This document shows positions 28,053 to 41,000 of a DNA stretch of 64,000 nucleotides, in pieces (position 1 is the first letter of the stretch; each line of letters begins with the position of its first letter). Position numbers and translations under genes: made by a program. Location: assembly GCF_018350175.1 (NCBI RefSeq), contig NC_058368.1, forward strand, positions 73,162,001 to 73,226,000. The letters run 5' to 3'. The stretch is from Felis catus. Taxonomy: Eukaryota. The notes under the pieces were generated by a model, which saw only the letters and a list, made by a program, of their open reading frames with translations, had not been told where the DNA came from and ran no database searches.

Positions 28053-28477
28053 CAGTAGCCCCCCCCCACCTTACATGTAGGGTATAAGTTGTTGCAACAC
28101 CTCCAGTGGATGTCTGACAGCGTGGACCCTACCAAACCCTCTACAGGTGATTCTTCTTATACACATAGACGTAATTATAAACTAGGTACAGTGAGAAATT
28201 AACAATAAAATAGAGCAATTATAATAATGTACTGTAATCAAAGTTGTAGAAATGTGGTCTCTAAGTATCTACCTGTACTGTACTCACCCTTCTTGTGATG
28301 ATGTGAGATGAAAAAATGCCTACGTGAGGAGATTAAGTGAGGTGAACAACACAGGTGCTGTAACACAGTGTTAGGCTACTACTGACCTTCTTACAATTGG
28401 TCAGAAGGAGGATCATCTGCTTCCGGTCCACAGCTGAAACCTTGGGAAGCAAAACCAGGGATACTCAGGGACTACTG
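28053..28477. mobile_element. TcMar-Tigger MITE, MER44/Tigger7-like
   Basis: TA-CAGTAGCCCCCC...GGGACTACTG terminal inverted repeats; internal CTCCAGTGGATGTCTGA. Confidence 0.8.
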
Positions 28478-28821
28478 ACTGGCTCACCATGGACAACGGG
28501 AATCAGCGATGATGGATATCTTAAAACTCCTGCATTAGCCATATGAAGACAACAGCCACAGAAGTCAGAGTGTTTTTCATTTCCTATTAGTAAGTTTTTA
28601 AATAGCCTAAAGTCCTATTCATTATATATATTTTTTTCTCTCGTGTCTTATTTTCTGCTTTTCATCTAATACCTGTCCATACACAGGGAAATCATGATAG
28701 AAAACAACACTGAAACCTATAAAAAACCTATAGTGGTAATTTAATATACCATATATTTGGAGGTAGCAACTCTACCTACATGGTCTACTTATCGGAAAGC
28801 AGTTTAAAGTGTATCAATCCT

Positions 28822-29059
28822 GGGGCGCCTGGGTGGCGCAGCCGGTTAAGCGTCCGACTTCAGCCAGGTCACTTCAGCCAGGTCACGATCTCGCGGTCCG
28901 TGAGTTCGAGCCCCACGTCAGGCTCTGGGCTGATGGCTCGGAGCCTAGAGCCTGTTTCCGATTCTGTGTCTCCCTCTCTCTCTGCCCCTCCCCCGTTCAT
29001 GCTCTGTCTCTCTCTGTCCCAAAAATAAATAAAAATAAAAAAATAAAAATAAAAAAAAT
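28822..29059 (+). mobile_element. Young SINEC_Fc-type SINE
   Basis: CpG-intact; perfect TSD AAAGTGTATCAATCCT; long A tail. Confidence 0.95.
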
Positions 29060-29792
29060 AAAGTGTATCAATCCTTAACTACCCAATACCAAGATGACTG
29101 ACTAGCCAGCCTGATTTAGGAAGCAGATATGCTTTAAAATGTCTCGTTCAATCATTACGTCCTATGCTGCAGATCTTGGTATCTAATTTTAATTGCAAAT
29201 CATCTCAACAACAGCTACTTGAAAGCCATGAAATGAACTGGTGAAAATATGAAACATTTTGTTTTTTAATTTCAAAATCACAAGTTTAAAAACACAAAAT
29301 ATATAATCTATTATTTTTATATTTGTGTTTCGTATTCGTATTTTGTATCCTACCTCCTAGCTATTTTTTTTTCTGCTTTCAAATTGCTTTTAAAATGAAC
29401 CCTTCTCTAATGGCTCTCTTGGGTGAAAGATTGTATCAGCCTACAGATTGGGTAAGTGTAAAAACATCCAAGATTTAGTGATAAACTAAAATACCTAGCA
29501 TACCTTCCATAAATACATTCAACACACTGTTTACCCTTCAAACTTAAAAAATTCAAACCACAATTTAGTTAAAATAGTGTATCACTATTCAGCAGCTCAA
29601 AATATGGATATTTTGCCATAAGGTAAGATAGCAATTAGGAAATAAATATAATGCGTATTACCCGAAAATTACTTTCATGCAATATTTTGAAATTCCTTGT
29701 ACCAGTATTGCCATATTTATTAGCAGTACCAACTTCTATCATTTTCCTTAATTTTCTTATAATTCTGAAGTGTAGATAAGAACTCCTAATGA

Positions 29793-29915
29793 GGGCCACC
29801 TAGGTGGCTCTGTCAGTTGAGCATCCGACTCTGGGTTTTGGCTCAGATCGCGATCCCAGGGTTGTGGAATAGAGCCCCACATCAGGCTCCATACTGAGTG
29901 TGGAGCCTGCTTAAG

Positions 29916-29961
<46 letters not shown>

Positions 29962-30012
29962 CTCCTCTTCCCCTCTCCCTTGCTTACTCTCTCTGTCTCT
30001 CTCATAAAAAAA
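29793..30012 (+). mobile_element. Can-SINE with long (CT)n
   Basis: SINEC head, (CT)n, A tail. Confidence 0.9.
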
Positions 30013-31502
30013 AGAATAGCTCATAATGAAATATATGATATTAAAAAGTATTTCTAGCAATTATAAATTTAAAAGAATACAAGAAAGAAAGGGTCAAGGA
30101 TCTGCCTTACATTTAAACTGTTACTGCAAAAGGAAAAGCATGGACAGGCAAAAACCATTACCAACAGTCACAGAGATAACACCTCCTTCTGTTTGGGATA
30201 ATACAAATAAGAGAGGAAGGTTATGATTCACAGAGTGCGTTCAGTGGCTCTAATGACCTTTCTCAAGGCTCTCACAAACACGTTATTGGCCACCAGAAAG
30301 ACTGGATAAGAAAGTGTGCACATATCTGTGCTAATCCATAGGACGCAGTGTGGATTCTGGAGTAGCATCTTTATATGCAAAGGGTGTACATTTTAATTTT
30401 TTATTCAGAGCTATGCTAATACAACATTCAGGCCCTTTACTTAACTCTGCAGTATTCTGACCTTTCGCGTGGTACAACCATTACGTTTACCCTAATTTGC
30501 TAAAGGTTTGATTAATTCAGTTATGTGCGAATCCAGAGAAATGACAGAATTCAGGTTTATGCTTCCAATTTGCTCCCAGTGCAGGGCATTTACTACGACT
30601 ATCACCACCTAAAATGAACCCATTCCCCTTCTTGTATGAATTATGCCTGTGATCCTGTAAGCACCACGCTTACAAACTGTGACCTTTAATAAGGGTCCCA
30701 GCTCTAAATCAAAGAAGCTGAACCTGCTGCTTTTAAGGCATTATTAGGTATGTTTTTATAAAGTTTGAATGGCCATTAATAATTTAATTAATACTCTTAT
30801 TTTAACAAAAGTTATCTTCCTTAAAACATCAGTTTATAAAGACATGCAAGAAAGAGATATTGACCCCGAAAACACAATTCAAATTTCACAACATAAAGTG
30901 GAAAAATAAAATTTATTTCTAGCAGTTGTGCTTTTAAAAACTATTCCTTAATGCACGTCCCCAATAACCCTTGATCCACTAATGGTCACTAAGGATTGCC
31001 AAGACACATGTCCACTACCAGAGCTTGAACAGCACACTGTATCAGGACTCTTATAAAAAAAAATGTGGTCCTAGTTGTTGAAACATCCAAATAGCCTTAT
31101 ATCCAAATAGCCCATGACATTTGTAGTCCTTCCCAGCATGGTGTTTCACTGGAAAACATCATCATGCAGAGAAATAAACTGCTGTGATGAATACTTAAGT
31201 ACTACAAAGTTGTTCGGCACTCACCTTGAAAGAACTGAAGGTCATTCATTCTCACCTTATTTGGAAAGGCAATAAAGCTACCAGAGCTAGAGAATTTAAA
31301 CTGGGAGTTGGCCTTAAATTACGTAAGACATGTGTTTGTCTATGTATCAGCAACATGCAACCTTCAAAGGTATATTAGCTACATTTCCTGTCTCACATTC
31401 TCAGCAAATCACTGACTTCAGGGAGTACATTGAAGCCACCTAGAGCCTCCCCAATGACATCTCTTTGGCCCATTCACGCCTTTTATTTCAGCCATCCCTC
31501 AC

Positions 31503-31719
31503 TTTTTTTAAATTTGTTTATGTTTATTTACTTGGAGAGAAAGAGAGAGAAAGAGGGTTGGGGTGGAGCAAGAGGGACAGAGAGAGAATCCCAAGCAGGC
31601 GCTGTGCTTGCTGTCATCACAGAGCCCAACATGGGGCTCGATCCCACAAACTGTGAGATCATGACTTGAGCCAAAATTGGGAATCGGGCACTTAACCGAC
31701 TGAGCTGCCCAGGTGCCCC
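31503..31719 (-). mobile_element. Can-SINE
   Basis: Reverse SINEC; TSD TTTCAGCCAT. Confidence 0.92.
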
Positions 31720-31949
31720 TTTCAGCCATGCTTCAAAGCTCAGAGGACGCGGTGGCCTTCCTGTTCCAGAGTGTCTAGATGTGCCTTTGGTTTATCCCTT
31801 CCCAAGCACTGAGACCTAGTGCTCACTGCAGCAGCACATATACAAGCAGAGACCTATTTCAGCAGCCCACATTCAGTCATACTCAGAACCACACCTTAAT
31901 CCGAGCTTTGTTTCCCATATCCAAGTAAGAAAGGACATTTCACTTGACT

Positions 31950-32530
31950 GCTTTTTACTATGAAAGGCCTCCCTCTTCCTAGTGCTACCCTCCCACAGCC
32001 AGCTCCACCAGTCACACTTTCCAGCTGTACTGGAACAATTCTCAAGCACGTCACTCCCCCTGCAGAGACATTCTCTAGTTCACGCATTTTTACCACATCC
32101 AATCTAAACTCCTCTGCCAGGCTTTTGGACTCCAAACTATGAATCCTCTAATCCTTGAAAATATGGTTTTATTAACATTCCCATAAATTCCCAGATATGT
32201 ACCTTTCCCCCAGCCTTTGACTTTCACTCACATTACTCCCCCTGCCAGGAATACACTTCTTTCTCTCTCCTGCCAACTGAAACGTGCATTCAAGAGTCAG
32301 CTCAGGTCATACTTCTCTAAAAGATTTCCCTTTCCTCGCCTTACATCCCATATGGGTCTCCTATAGCACCCCAGTTAGCCTTCGGTTGTTTAGGACTCTC
32401 TCATTTCTAGTATTCTCCCTACATTTAGCTTAAGTACTCATCGGCCAAAGACCAAATCCTTACAGGATGCTTTAAATCTCTCCCAGTAACTAACATAGAA
32501 CTTACCACACGCTATTTAGTAAATACGGGT
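31950..32530 (+). mobile_element. L2 fragment
   Basis: CATTCAAGAGTCAGCTCAGGTCA... and degenerate L2 3' end. Confidence 0.5.
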
Positions 32531-32753
32531 AAGTTCATTGTATAGGATGATACATTGTCTATCTTCTCAAAACCTCAGGATCACTTTTGAATTTCCAAAT
32601 AACAGATATCCTTCTATAGACTAACTGCATCTTTGGAACAAAAAAAAAAATAGCAGTCCTGAGAGAAAGAGAGGGAAAGAAAGTGTTGCTTTTCAGACAC
32701 AGATTTAAATGACAACTTATCCATGAGATTTCTGCACGTCTCATAACAGCTTT

Positions 32754-33187
32754 TGTCTCAGACTCTTTGCAAGGATGTTACAGCCTTGGAATCCAGGGAT
32801 AGCGCCTCCTTCCAGGTTACAAGACAGATTTATTTCCTGACCAGGAAAATGAAGATAATGCCTCCCCACAGGGCAAAAGTTGGGCAGCTTTGCAAAGCAC
32901 TTCTTAAAAGACAGGGGATTGCCTAACCTTGCAGTTCCTAAGCTGTGACACAAACCCTGTGTGCAAGCATCCACCTGGGTCACTCAGCATTGCCCCTAGA
33001 GAATTTGGGGCCAAGGGGAATCGATTAGAACATGAAGCTCATGCTGCCTGCTGTGCCCTAAGTAATAAAGTCCTTTATCTCTGACCCAGGAGTCTCCTGT
33101 CTTCAGCCAGCATCTATATAACTGGGGCAGACTAACTTGGTAGCCTGCAAACTGGGTCAACTCTCAAACCCTTTGTAGTTTTTGACA
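32754..33187 (+). mobile_element. Solo ERV LTR (ERVL, MER74/MER54-like)
   Basis: TG...CA ends; AATAAAGTCCTTTATCTCTGACCCAGGAGTCTC polyA region; ends ...GTAGTTTTTGACA. Confidence 0.7.
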
Positions 33188-33269
33188 ACTTCTGGCTGTT
33201 AGCCAAAAGCAAGTCTGTTCAATTAGGAGTTTCTAGTTTACAAAAGAAAACAGAAGCTACCACATCAGT

Positions 33270-33600
33270 CTACACATCTAACACACAATGACATGGGTGA
33301 ATCTCCAAAACAACATGCTGAGTGAAAGCAGCAAACTCAAAAGTGTGAAGACACCATGATGTAATGATATGAGGGTCTACAGCAGGCTAACGTAAAGTGG
33401 GAGACATCAGAATGTGGTTGCTTCTTAGGGGAGTCACTTGTGGATAGAACAGGGAAGGAGTTTTCTAGGGTGATGGGAATGTTCTATGTCTTGACTGGGG
33501 TGGTGGTTACAAGGATACAATAGTCAAAAGACATCAAACAGTACAGTTAAGAACTGTGTGCTTTAATGCATGGAAATCATGCTCAATAAAAAAGCATTAC
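33270..33600 (+). mobile_element. Old L1 (L1ME-like) 3' UTR fragment
   Basis: TTTCTAGGGTGATGGGAATGTTCTATGTCTTGACTGGGGTGGTGGTTAC...CTCAATAAAAA. Confidence 0.75.
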
Positions 33601-33843
33601 AAGTTCAAAATATCCAAACACTGAATACATTGAAGTCTGTTTTAGTTTCAGGATATAATGATTCACAGACCCACTAAGACAATACTGGTCACATTCTTTG
33701 AACATTGTCTTTAGAGGGGCAGTTACAACACAGGGATTTAACAGTCTGCACTCTGGAGTCATACTGCTCAGGTTTTTTGTTAGCCAAGTACTGTCAGGCA
33801 TCTTCCTTAGCCTCTTCATGCCTGAGTTCTCTCCTGTTAAATA

Positions 33844-34204
33844 CAGTTTGACCTTGGCACAACACCTGGCTTGCAGGCACAGACCCCCTGCACAGCCAGA
33901 ACTCCACGTTCAACTTTCCACTCCCCAAAAACCTACCTACCAATAGCCTGCTGTTGACTGGAAGTCTTACCAAGAAGGTAAACAGTTGATTAACACATAT
34001 TTTGTATGTTATACTGTATTCTTATAATAATACCTAACTTTTTCTTAAAATTTTTCAGTCTTTCTAAGCTACACAGTTTGTCTGCCGGTTTTTTTTTTTC
34101 CAATTGTCACAAACCTCAAAAAAATTTCCAATAGATTTATTGAAAAAAGTCCACGTAAGAGTACACCCACACAGTTCAAGCCCATGTTGTTCAAGGGTCA
34201 GCTG
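33844..34204. mobile_element. TcMar-Tigger MITE, Tigger2a-like
   Basis: TA-CAGTTTGACCTTGG...GTTGTTCAAGGGTCAGCTG-TA terminal inverted repeats with TA target duplication. Confidence 0.85.
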
Positions 34205-37200
34205 TATAAAAAAAAGTTCCCACCTGTGGTTATGAGAACTAATTAGGTAATATAGATAAATTGCCTTGTATGTAGAAAGCATTTACTAAAAAATTGGTTG
34301 TAATTATTATTTATTTAAAGATCATGATAACACAAGATTCAAAGTAATTCAGAAAAGGAATTCAGGATATTTACGTTAAAGCAGAGGAGCAATATGGTTT
34401 TAAAAATCTGGTAAGTTTAATGTACATTCACTGGTGGGAGTATGAGGTAGAATATTTACTAATAACACCACCCAAAAGTCATTTTTAGTATATAATCTAA
34501 TAAAGCAATAGATCCAAATCATTTTTTCACATGCTACTGAAAGCACAGAAAGAAGAAATTAAGCCAAATAAATTTCACTTCTAGCAAATATCTCAAGTCC
34601 AGATAGAGGTGTCTCATTTGCTTTCTGACAGCTGTATTGTTAGCCTTTTTTCCCCTAATGCAATACATGTAAAAGTAGAAGATCCAGTTGAATCCTAATC
34701 CAAACCTTGCCTAAAGAGTAAATTGAGGACAAAACTTGTGAAAAACAGGCCTAAAGGAAATATATGAAAGGATCAAATCCTGGGTATCATCGTACAAAGA
34801 CAGGGAGAGTGGGACAAAGGGGTGAATTCGCAGCGATGGGAAAGCACTTTGGTAAAGGACAAAGCAAATAGGGATCAACTTCATGGCTCTGCAGATCAGG
34901 CCACACTCTATCTTTAGTATATATGCCACTGGTTAATGTCCCCATCAAAAGGCACGTGTGCCACAGAATCACCTCAGTACTTGTGCTCTTTAAGATTATT
35001 CCCAAGCTTTTAAAAGGACGTATGATTAGAAAAGAGAAAACAATAAGCAATACTGATGTAAAATTTCTATCCTTTTAAAATTCATTTTTTAAATTGCTTG
35101 TTACTGCATCATTAAAATAGTTCTAACATTAGTATCTACTCCATTAAAAGTCTTTCCAATATTTCATATCCATTATTATATGTATGACATGTGAGGAATT
35201 TTATGTCACTGAATTGGCATATGAGTAGAAAATTTCAGTGTAAAAGAAAATATAATGAAGCTAATGAAAAATGCAAATTCCTAGGAAACAAGTCAAATCT
35301 TTGGATAATAAAGGAGGAACGAGCATATTGGGTTAGTGTTTTCAACCTGCCCCGCCAGGAAAATGTTGAGGCAGAATGGGGATTACTGAGTATTTAATTA
35401 TGGAACTGACTCAGGCCTCCTGGCAAACAGAATCATTTCTCTGCTTAAGAATTACAATACCTGGGGTACAGCAGTAACACAACTGAAGATGAGTTTCAGA
35501 CTTTGAAATAGGTAGCTACTAAAAAAAAAATAAAAACCTATGATTATTTTCATCTTTAAGCCTTATTACATGTTTCTTCTTTTTTTAAAGTACAACAGTA
35601 GCGTGCCATGAGCTTCACCCAGGAAGTGGAAAGAATAGAAATTACAATCCCTCCCCAACCACGATTTTTCTAAGAGGCAGCATTACAGAAGAGGTTACCA
35701 CATACTTCAGCGATCCACTGTGATCATGCAGACAGCAAAATGTTACAGGGGGAAAGGCATTTTAATTATGACTACATTCATTTCTATCTAAAAAGCAGGT
35801 GCACACACTTAACGTATGTAAAGTCCATACAGTTCACACTTCCTTTTCTTGCCAGACCTGAAGAGTTCATCTGAAAAAGTGGCATTTAATTGCACTCCTT
35901 GACTCCTCAAACCGAACAAAGTATTGTGTACAAAAACATCTACTCTCGACAAAGAATTGTACATAATCATAAAAAAAAAAAAAAACTTCTTGGCTTTTCT
36001 TCATTGTAAAGAGCTTTTTTCCATCCCTGAGGACTTCCAGCTTTGAAGTGAAGAAAATGAACTTTTTATCATAGAGTGACCCTCCTACAACTGCCTATTT
36101 ACGTTTTGATCTAAAAAGAGAAACTTGTCAGTTTTCTACCTGCTAATCACCGCTACCACAGCCCTCCTAATGTGGACAGTCTGGAGAAAGCCAAGTTTTT
36201 ACCCCATGTTTCAAGGAGATGGAAGCATTCTATCTGGCCAATGATCAGTGGATCCGGATCCACAGGCGTCGTCCAAATCAAAAGCCTGTGGTCAAAACAT
36301 TCTAGACTCCTCCCTCTCCTGCCTTCCCCAGTTCACACTGGCCACTGAAGTTGACAGACTGCCCTTTCTCTCCAGCCCCTGTCACTGCGTTATTTTGGAC
36401 CTTACCACTTCCACTTCAGTTGCTTCCTTTGTGGCCTTTCTACCTTCAGTCTTGCCCCACTCAAAGCTATTTTCCACACTGTCACCATAGCAATTGCCTA
36501 AAGAATAAATCTGACCATGTCACATAACACATGATCTGTTCCTGACTACTGATAAAGTTTATTTGTATATCAGGACCCACAAAACGGAGGCAGGCCCAGC
36601 CATCTGGTCCACATCACAAATCCAAAACTTAAGGCATCCTGCACGTAATGGGAAACACCTGTCAAGGAAATCTAACATTCACTAATCACAATCCTCCAGC
36701 TGGGCTTTAGCTAGCTTACTTTACCTTAGAAAATGGGACCTCCTAGCCTTGTAAGGGAATCTCTAGCCTCCCAGGCAATCATGCTTGTTTCCTTGTTGCC
36801 TCTTCCAACGCCTCTTAAAACTCACATGTGCCCAAAATCCCTTGGGAAGAATGATCCAACTACTTGTGAGGCACTGTACTCCCCCAGTCGAGGATTGTTC
36901 TCCCTTGAAGAAAGGACATCAAACTGATTACTAAATTGTTTCAGTTTTGTAAATTGACAGCTTGGCAATGAGATGGGTCCTGAAGACAGCTGCTAAAGAT
37001 TCTGGGGATGGCTTCTAGAAGCAGGTGATTGTACCCACAGAGCCATTTTATTTGCTGCCTCTCCAGCTGCTCTGGGAAGCTTCTCTCTGATCAAGCTCTG
37101 CTTATTTTGCATTCTGAACTCCTCAAGTTTGTTCATCTTAATCCTTCCAGGTGGAAAACTGGGGTGTGAGACTCCAGGGGTTTTTCTTCACAAGGTGGAA

Positions 37201-37621
37201 AACTGGGGTGTGAGAGACTCCAGATTTTCATGGTGAGACTTAGTAGGCCACATATTTAGGTTTGTAGCCAAACTCATCTATGATTAAGCACGTTGTGGGG
37301 GGTGGGGGGCTTTCAAGTCTCAGGAACAGTGCACACAGGCAGTCAGAAACGTAAGTCTGGCTGAATTATGATGGCTTATTTCAAGGGAAAATAATGGTTA
37401 CCCTTCAATCTAAGGAAAGCAAGTTGGCAGCCATTGGGGGTGCAGGACTCACAAAACTCAAGGCAAGTCCACAGCACAAAGTGCTAGGAAGGTTGGGGAA
37501 ATAAATTAACACAAGAAATTCAGACTTTTCTGATGAATGGCACATCAAAATCTAAGTAGGCACAAGTTGGACCATTAAAAGCCATTAGACTATCCACCAC
37601 TACAAAGAAATAACAGATCTA

Positions 37622-37795
37622 GGGGTGCCTGGGTGGCTCAGTGGTTAAGCATCCAATTTCAGCTCCGGTCATGATCTCACAGTTCGTGGTTCAAGCCCCA
37701 CAGCAGGCTCTGTGCTGACAGCTCAGAGCCTGGAGCCTGCTTTGGATTCTCTCTGTCTCTCTTCTCTCAAAAATAAATAAATGTTAAAAAAAGAA
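37622..37795 (+). mobile_element. Can-SINE nested in ERV
   Basis: SINEC head and tail. Confidence 0.92.
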
Positions 37796-39114
37796 GAAAG
37801 AAATGCCTCCTACTACTCCCTTCTACCCTCCTTTACCTCAGTACTCAGTCTACTAATCCTCTGTCTGCACTGCCTTTCCACTCTAAACACACTGCAAGAC
37901 CGTAAACAAAAACCTTCCAAATTAATGGCCTATGTCCAGAGGCCCTTATATCTACCCCCAAAGGAGGGTCGCCACATGGGCCCCTCTCGGGGTTGATGGG
38001 ACTCCAAGGGATTCTCCAGTAAATCTCCACCAGTATTCCCTTAAACAACCAAGGGGAGACTAAAATAAAATTAATTTTAAAAACTTTGCCAAATTCTGGT
38101 AGATGCCCAACTTCACTCTCTACTTTAAACCCCACTCACTCTGGAGACTTGGAGAAAACTGATCAGGGAAACCTGAGAGAAGCCAGCAAAGGGTGGAAAT
38201 TCTTACCAGAATCAGCTCTCCTGGATCTCTGTCTGTAGTGCCTGGTCAAGAGAGGAAGGTAAAATTTCATGTTATCTCTTCCTTTTCAAGATGCATTGGC
38301 TATTGATCCTTTCTCTCCCAAGGACAACTATTGCTTCTTACTTATCTCATTTTGTGTTCTGAGACCTGGGCTTGGCAACCATCAGGTTGGGGGCCCTCAA
38401 AAGATAGCCAGACAGAAATAGAAGTTGCATTACATTTGTGGCTAGTGCCCTACAGATTATTGCCAGCTTTCAAGGGAAGTAGGTCTTTGTTTCAGCTATC
38501 TTTGGGAGTGGCTCTGGATCTTGGGAGAGAGGTATCTTTTGCACCTTCTTTGGGAATGCCTCTTGCGTTCAATAGATTGTTCAATACTGACAGGAATATT
38601 TACTGCTTGTCCTGGCCTAAACCTAACAAGGTATTTAAAAGGATGATTTTTTTTTAACTGGTTCTATGGTTAGAGCTTTGCCAATATTGGAGGCTGATAT
38701 TCAGAACCTCATAGGAAATTTTTTAGGCCTTCTGTCCTAAGTCAAATGAAACTATATACCCAAAAGGAAATAAAAACATTCCAAAGACAAATAGCTCTAA
38801 ATCTAGAACACAGGAATCTTTTGATTTCCACCTTAGTTGGAAGAGCTTCTCCCTGACCTGAAGAAGCAAAGAGAAGATATATAGTTGGATGGGTGGTCAG
38901 CCCTTTGAGATCATACAGGTTGCAATACCAATTGTTTGAGGAATTACAAAGAACTGTCCTTATCTTGTAAATTCAGTCTTTACAAGAACAGAATTGCAGC
39001 TCTAGAAGCAATTCAAGACCCATCTATCATTTTTAATCAATCCCCAACTCTCCCCCACCCCCCTGCCCTGGCTAATCTATTAAAGTTTGTAGGTATTGTG
39101 AAATTTTGGTTTAG

Positions 39115-39320
39115 GGGGCACTTGGGTGGTTCAGTCGGTTAGGTGACCGACTTCAGCTCAGGTCATGATCTCACAGTCCGTGATTTCGAGCCCCATGTCA
39201 GGCTCTGTGCTGACAGCGTGGAGCCTGGACCCTGTTTCAGATTCTGTGTCTTCCTCTCTTCCCCTCCCCCACTCACGCTCTGTGTCTGTCTCTCTCAAAA
39301 AATAAATAAACATTAAAAAA
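39115..39320 (+). mobile_element. Can-SINE
   Basis: SINEC; flanks TTTTGG(A)TTTAGG. Confidence 0.92.
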
Positions 39321-40149
39321 TTTTTTTTGGATTTAGGAAACATGTCCTTTTTGGAGGAGCTGGCATTCTTTCCTTGTGCCTTTGCAATGTAAATGTTCTA
39401 CCCACTCTTCTCTGGGACCTGAAGGCCACCTCTTTGAAAAGCTAACTTCAGGGAGGTAATTCTTATCAGAAAGAAGGAAGAAAAGATAGAAAGGGACAGG
39501 AGGCTATCTGGAAACTAGGCCAATGAAAAATCTTTAAAACGTGTCAAGCCGTCTGAACAAGTAACCTTAACTTATTCCATCAATTTGGATCCAGCCGTTC
39601 TTTTATAATCTAGCAAGTTTTGCATTACTGTACCCTGGAAATCATCTTTTTCGATTTCTAAATTTACAGTGAAGTTTTTTCTTTTTTTTTTTTTAATTCA
39701 AAATGCCTGTCACCTGTGATTCTCCCCCAATAGCCCAAAGATAATAGAAGCCAATAGAGAGAGCCTCCTGCCTCCTCCAAAACGTTTAGAGACTGCAGGA
39801 AAGGCATCTGGAGAATATAATGGTTATAATGGAAGGCCATCTATCTGTTCCAGCACCAACCACACAACTCTGTGCAATGCATGAAGAGCTCTTGGTGGTG
39901 TCACCGGTCAAATACGACGTGTTTCTCCTTCCAAGGCTCAGAGCGGCGGTGCCTCTACAATTCAAACCCGGCTCTGGGCACAGTCTCTTCCTGCACTGGG
40001 AAGGAGTCGCCACACCTCTAAGAGGGGCGGGTCACTGAGGATCCAGACGGGGCCCCTCCCTCTCTGACAGTCTCCGATTTTAGAATGCAATTTAAATATA
40101 CTCAACAGAGTCCCGGAGAGACACAGGGGAGAGGGGAGAGTTCACTTGG

Positions 40150-41000
40150 AGCCCGGGTCGGGTGGAGGATTACAGAATCCTAGAACCGGAGAGCTGACCT
40201 GAGATCATTCTCACATTGCAGTTGAGGGAACTTCAGGAGCCAGCCCGGGTCCTTCCAGTAGCTAGTGCGGAAGCTGAGAGCCCGGCTCCGCTCATCTGCT
40301 CCTCGTCCTGAGCCAGGGTGCGAGCCCAGTCCCTTTGCCTCTGGGCCCGGCAGCGCGTTGAGGGGACCGCGGGTGCAGGCGGCCACCTGTGGGCGCAGAA
40401 CTCACTCCTTCGCGGCCCTTGGGCCGGCGCTCCGAGGCGCCGCAGCGCGGACGCCGGCAGACTGGCCCGCAAACCTGCCGCCTCAGGGGCCTGGCCCTGC
40501 CCCCATTCCGGGTCGCGCGAGCACCCGCCACAGGCCGCCCTGGTTTCCATAGCAACAGATGCACGAGTTCCCCAGAGGCGCCCCCAGGGTCAGAGGTCAT
40601 CTCTGTGACAACGGAAGCTTCCCGCGCTACGGCGGCTCGGGCGGGCCGCTTCCGCCGCATTGCGCTGCGGCGCGCCGGGCGCTCCTAGGAAGGGAGCGCG
40701 CGGTGGCCGGTCCCGGAGCCTCGGGCCGCGGATCACACCTGGAGGAGGACCGTGTCTGGCCCGCGTGCCCCGTCTCTTCGGACTCAATTAGGCAGACTCA
40801 CAACCCGACCTCGGCCAGGTCACCCAGGGGCCCGACTCCTGGAAGCGGATGGGAACCGCAGAGTGGCCGGCCCGGCTTGCAGGGAACAGTGACACGCCGC
40901 TCCGGAAAGCAGGGACTCTGCCCCCGCCCGTGCGGCCGGCCAGACCTCGTCCCTGACACACTTAGCGCCTGCCAGCCCTCGGCCAGTGGCCCAGCGCCCT
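40150..41000. promoter_or_regulatory. Intronic CpG-island promoter, probably bidirectional; position resembles the human FGF14-AS2 / FGF14-IT1 start region
   Basis: Very CpG-dense. RFX X-box GTTTCCATAGCAAC (40543-40556) and ETS cores CGGAAG (40612-40617) and CTTCCG (about 40649). lncRNA orthology is inferred from my recollection of human locus layout, not from alignment. Confidence 0.75.

Larger units (their letters stand above)
36550..39650 (+). mobile_element. Degenerate ERV (probably ERV1/MER4 group): 5' LTR about 36550-36959, PBS, non-coding internal sequence
   Basis: LTR-like segment TG...TTGACA followed by TGGCAATGAGATGGG (36963), resembling a CpG-decayed tRNA-Ser PBS. No intact gag/pol ORF; right boundary approximate. 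Confidence 0.6.

Noticed and set aside
28822..28920. tRNA-like A/B boxes in SINE heads as tRNA genes
   Set aside because: They are tRNA-derived Can-SINE heads followed by CT tract, A tail and TSDs.
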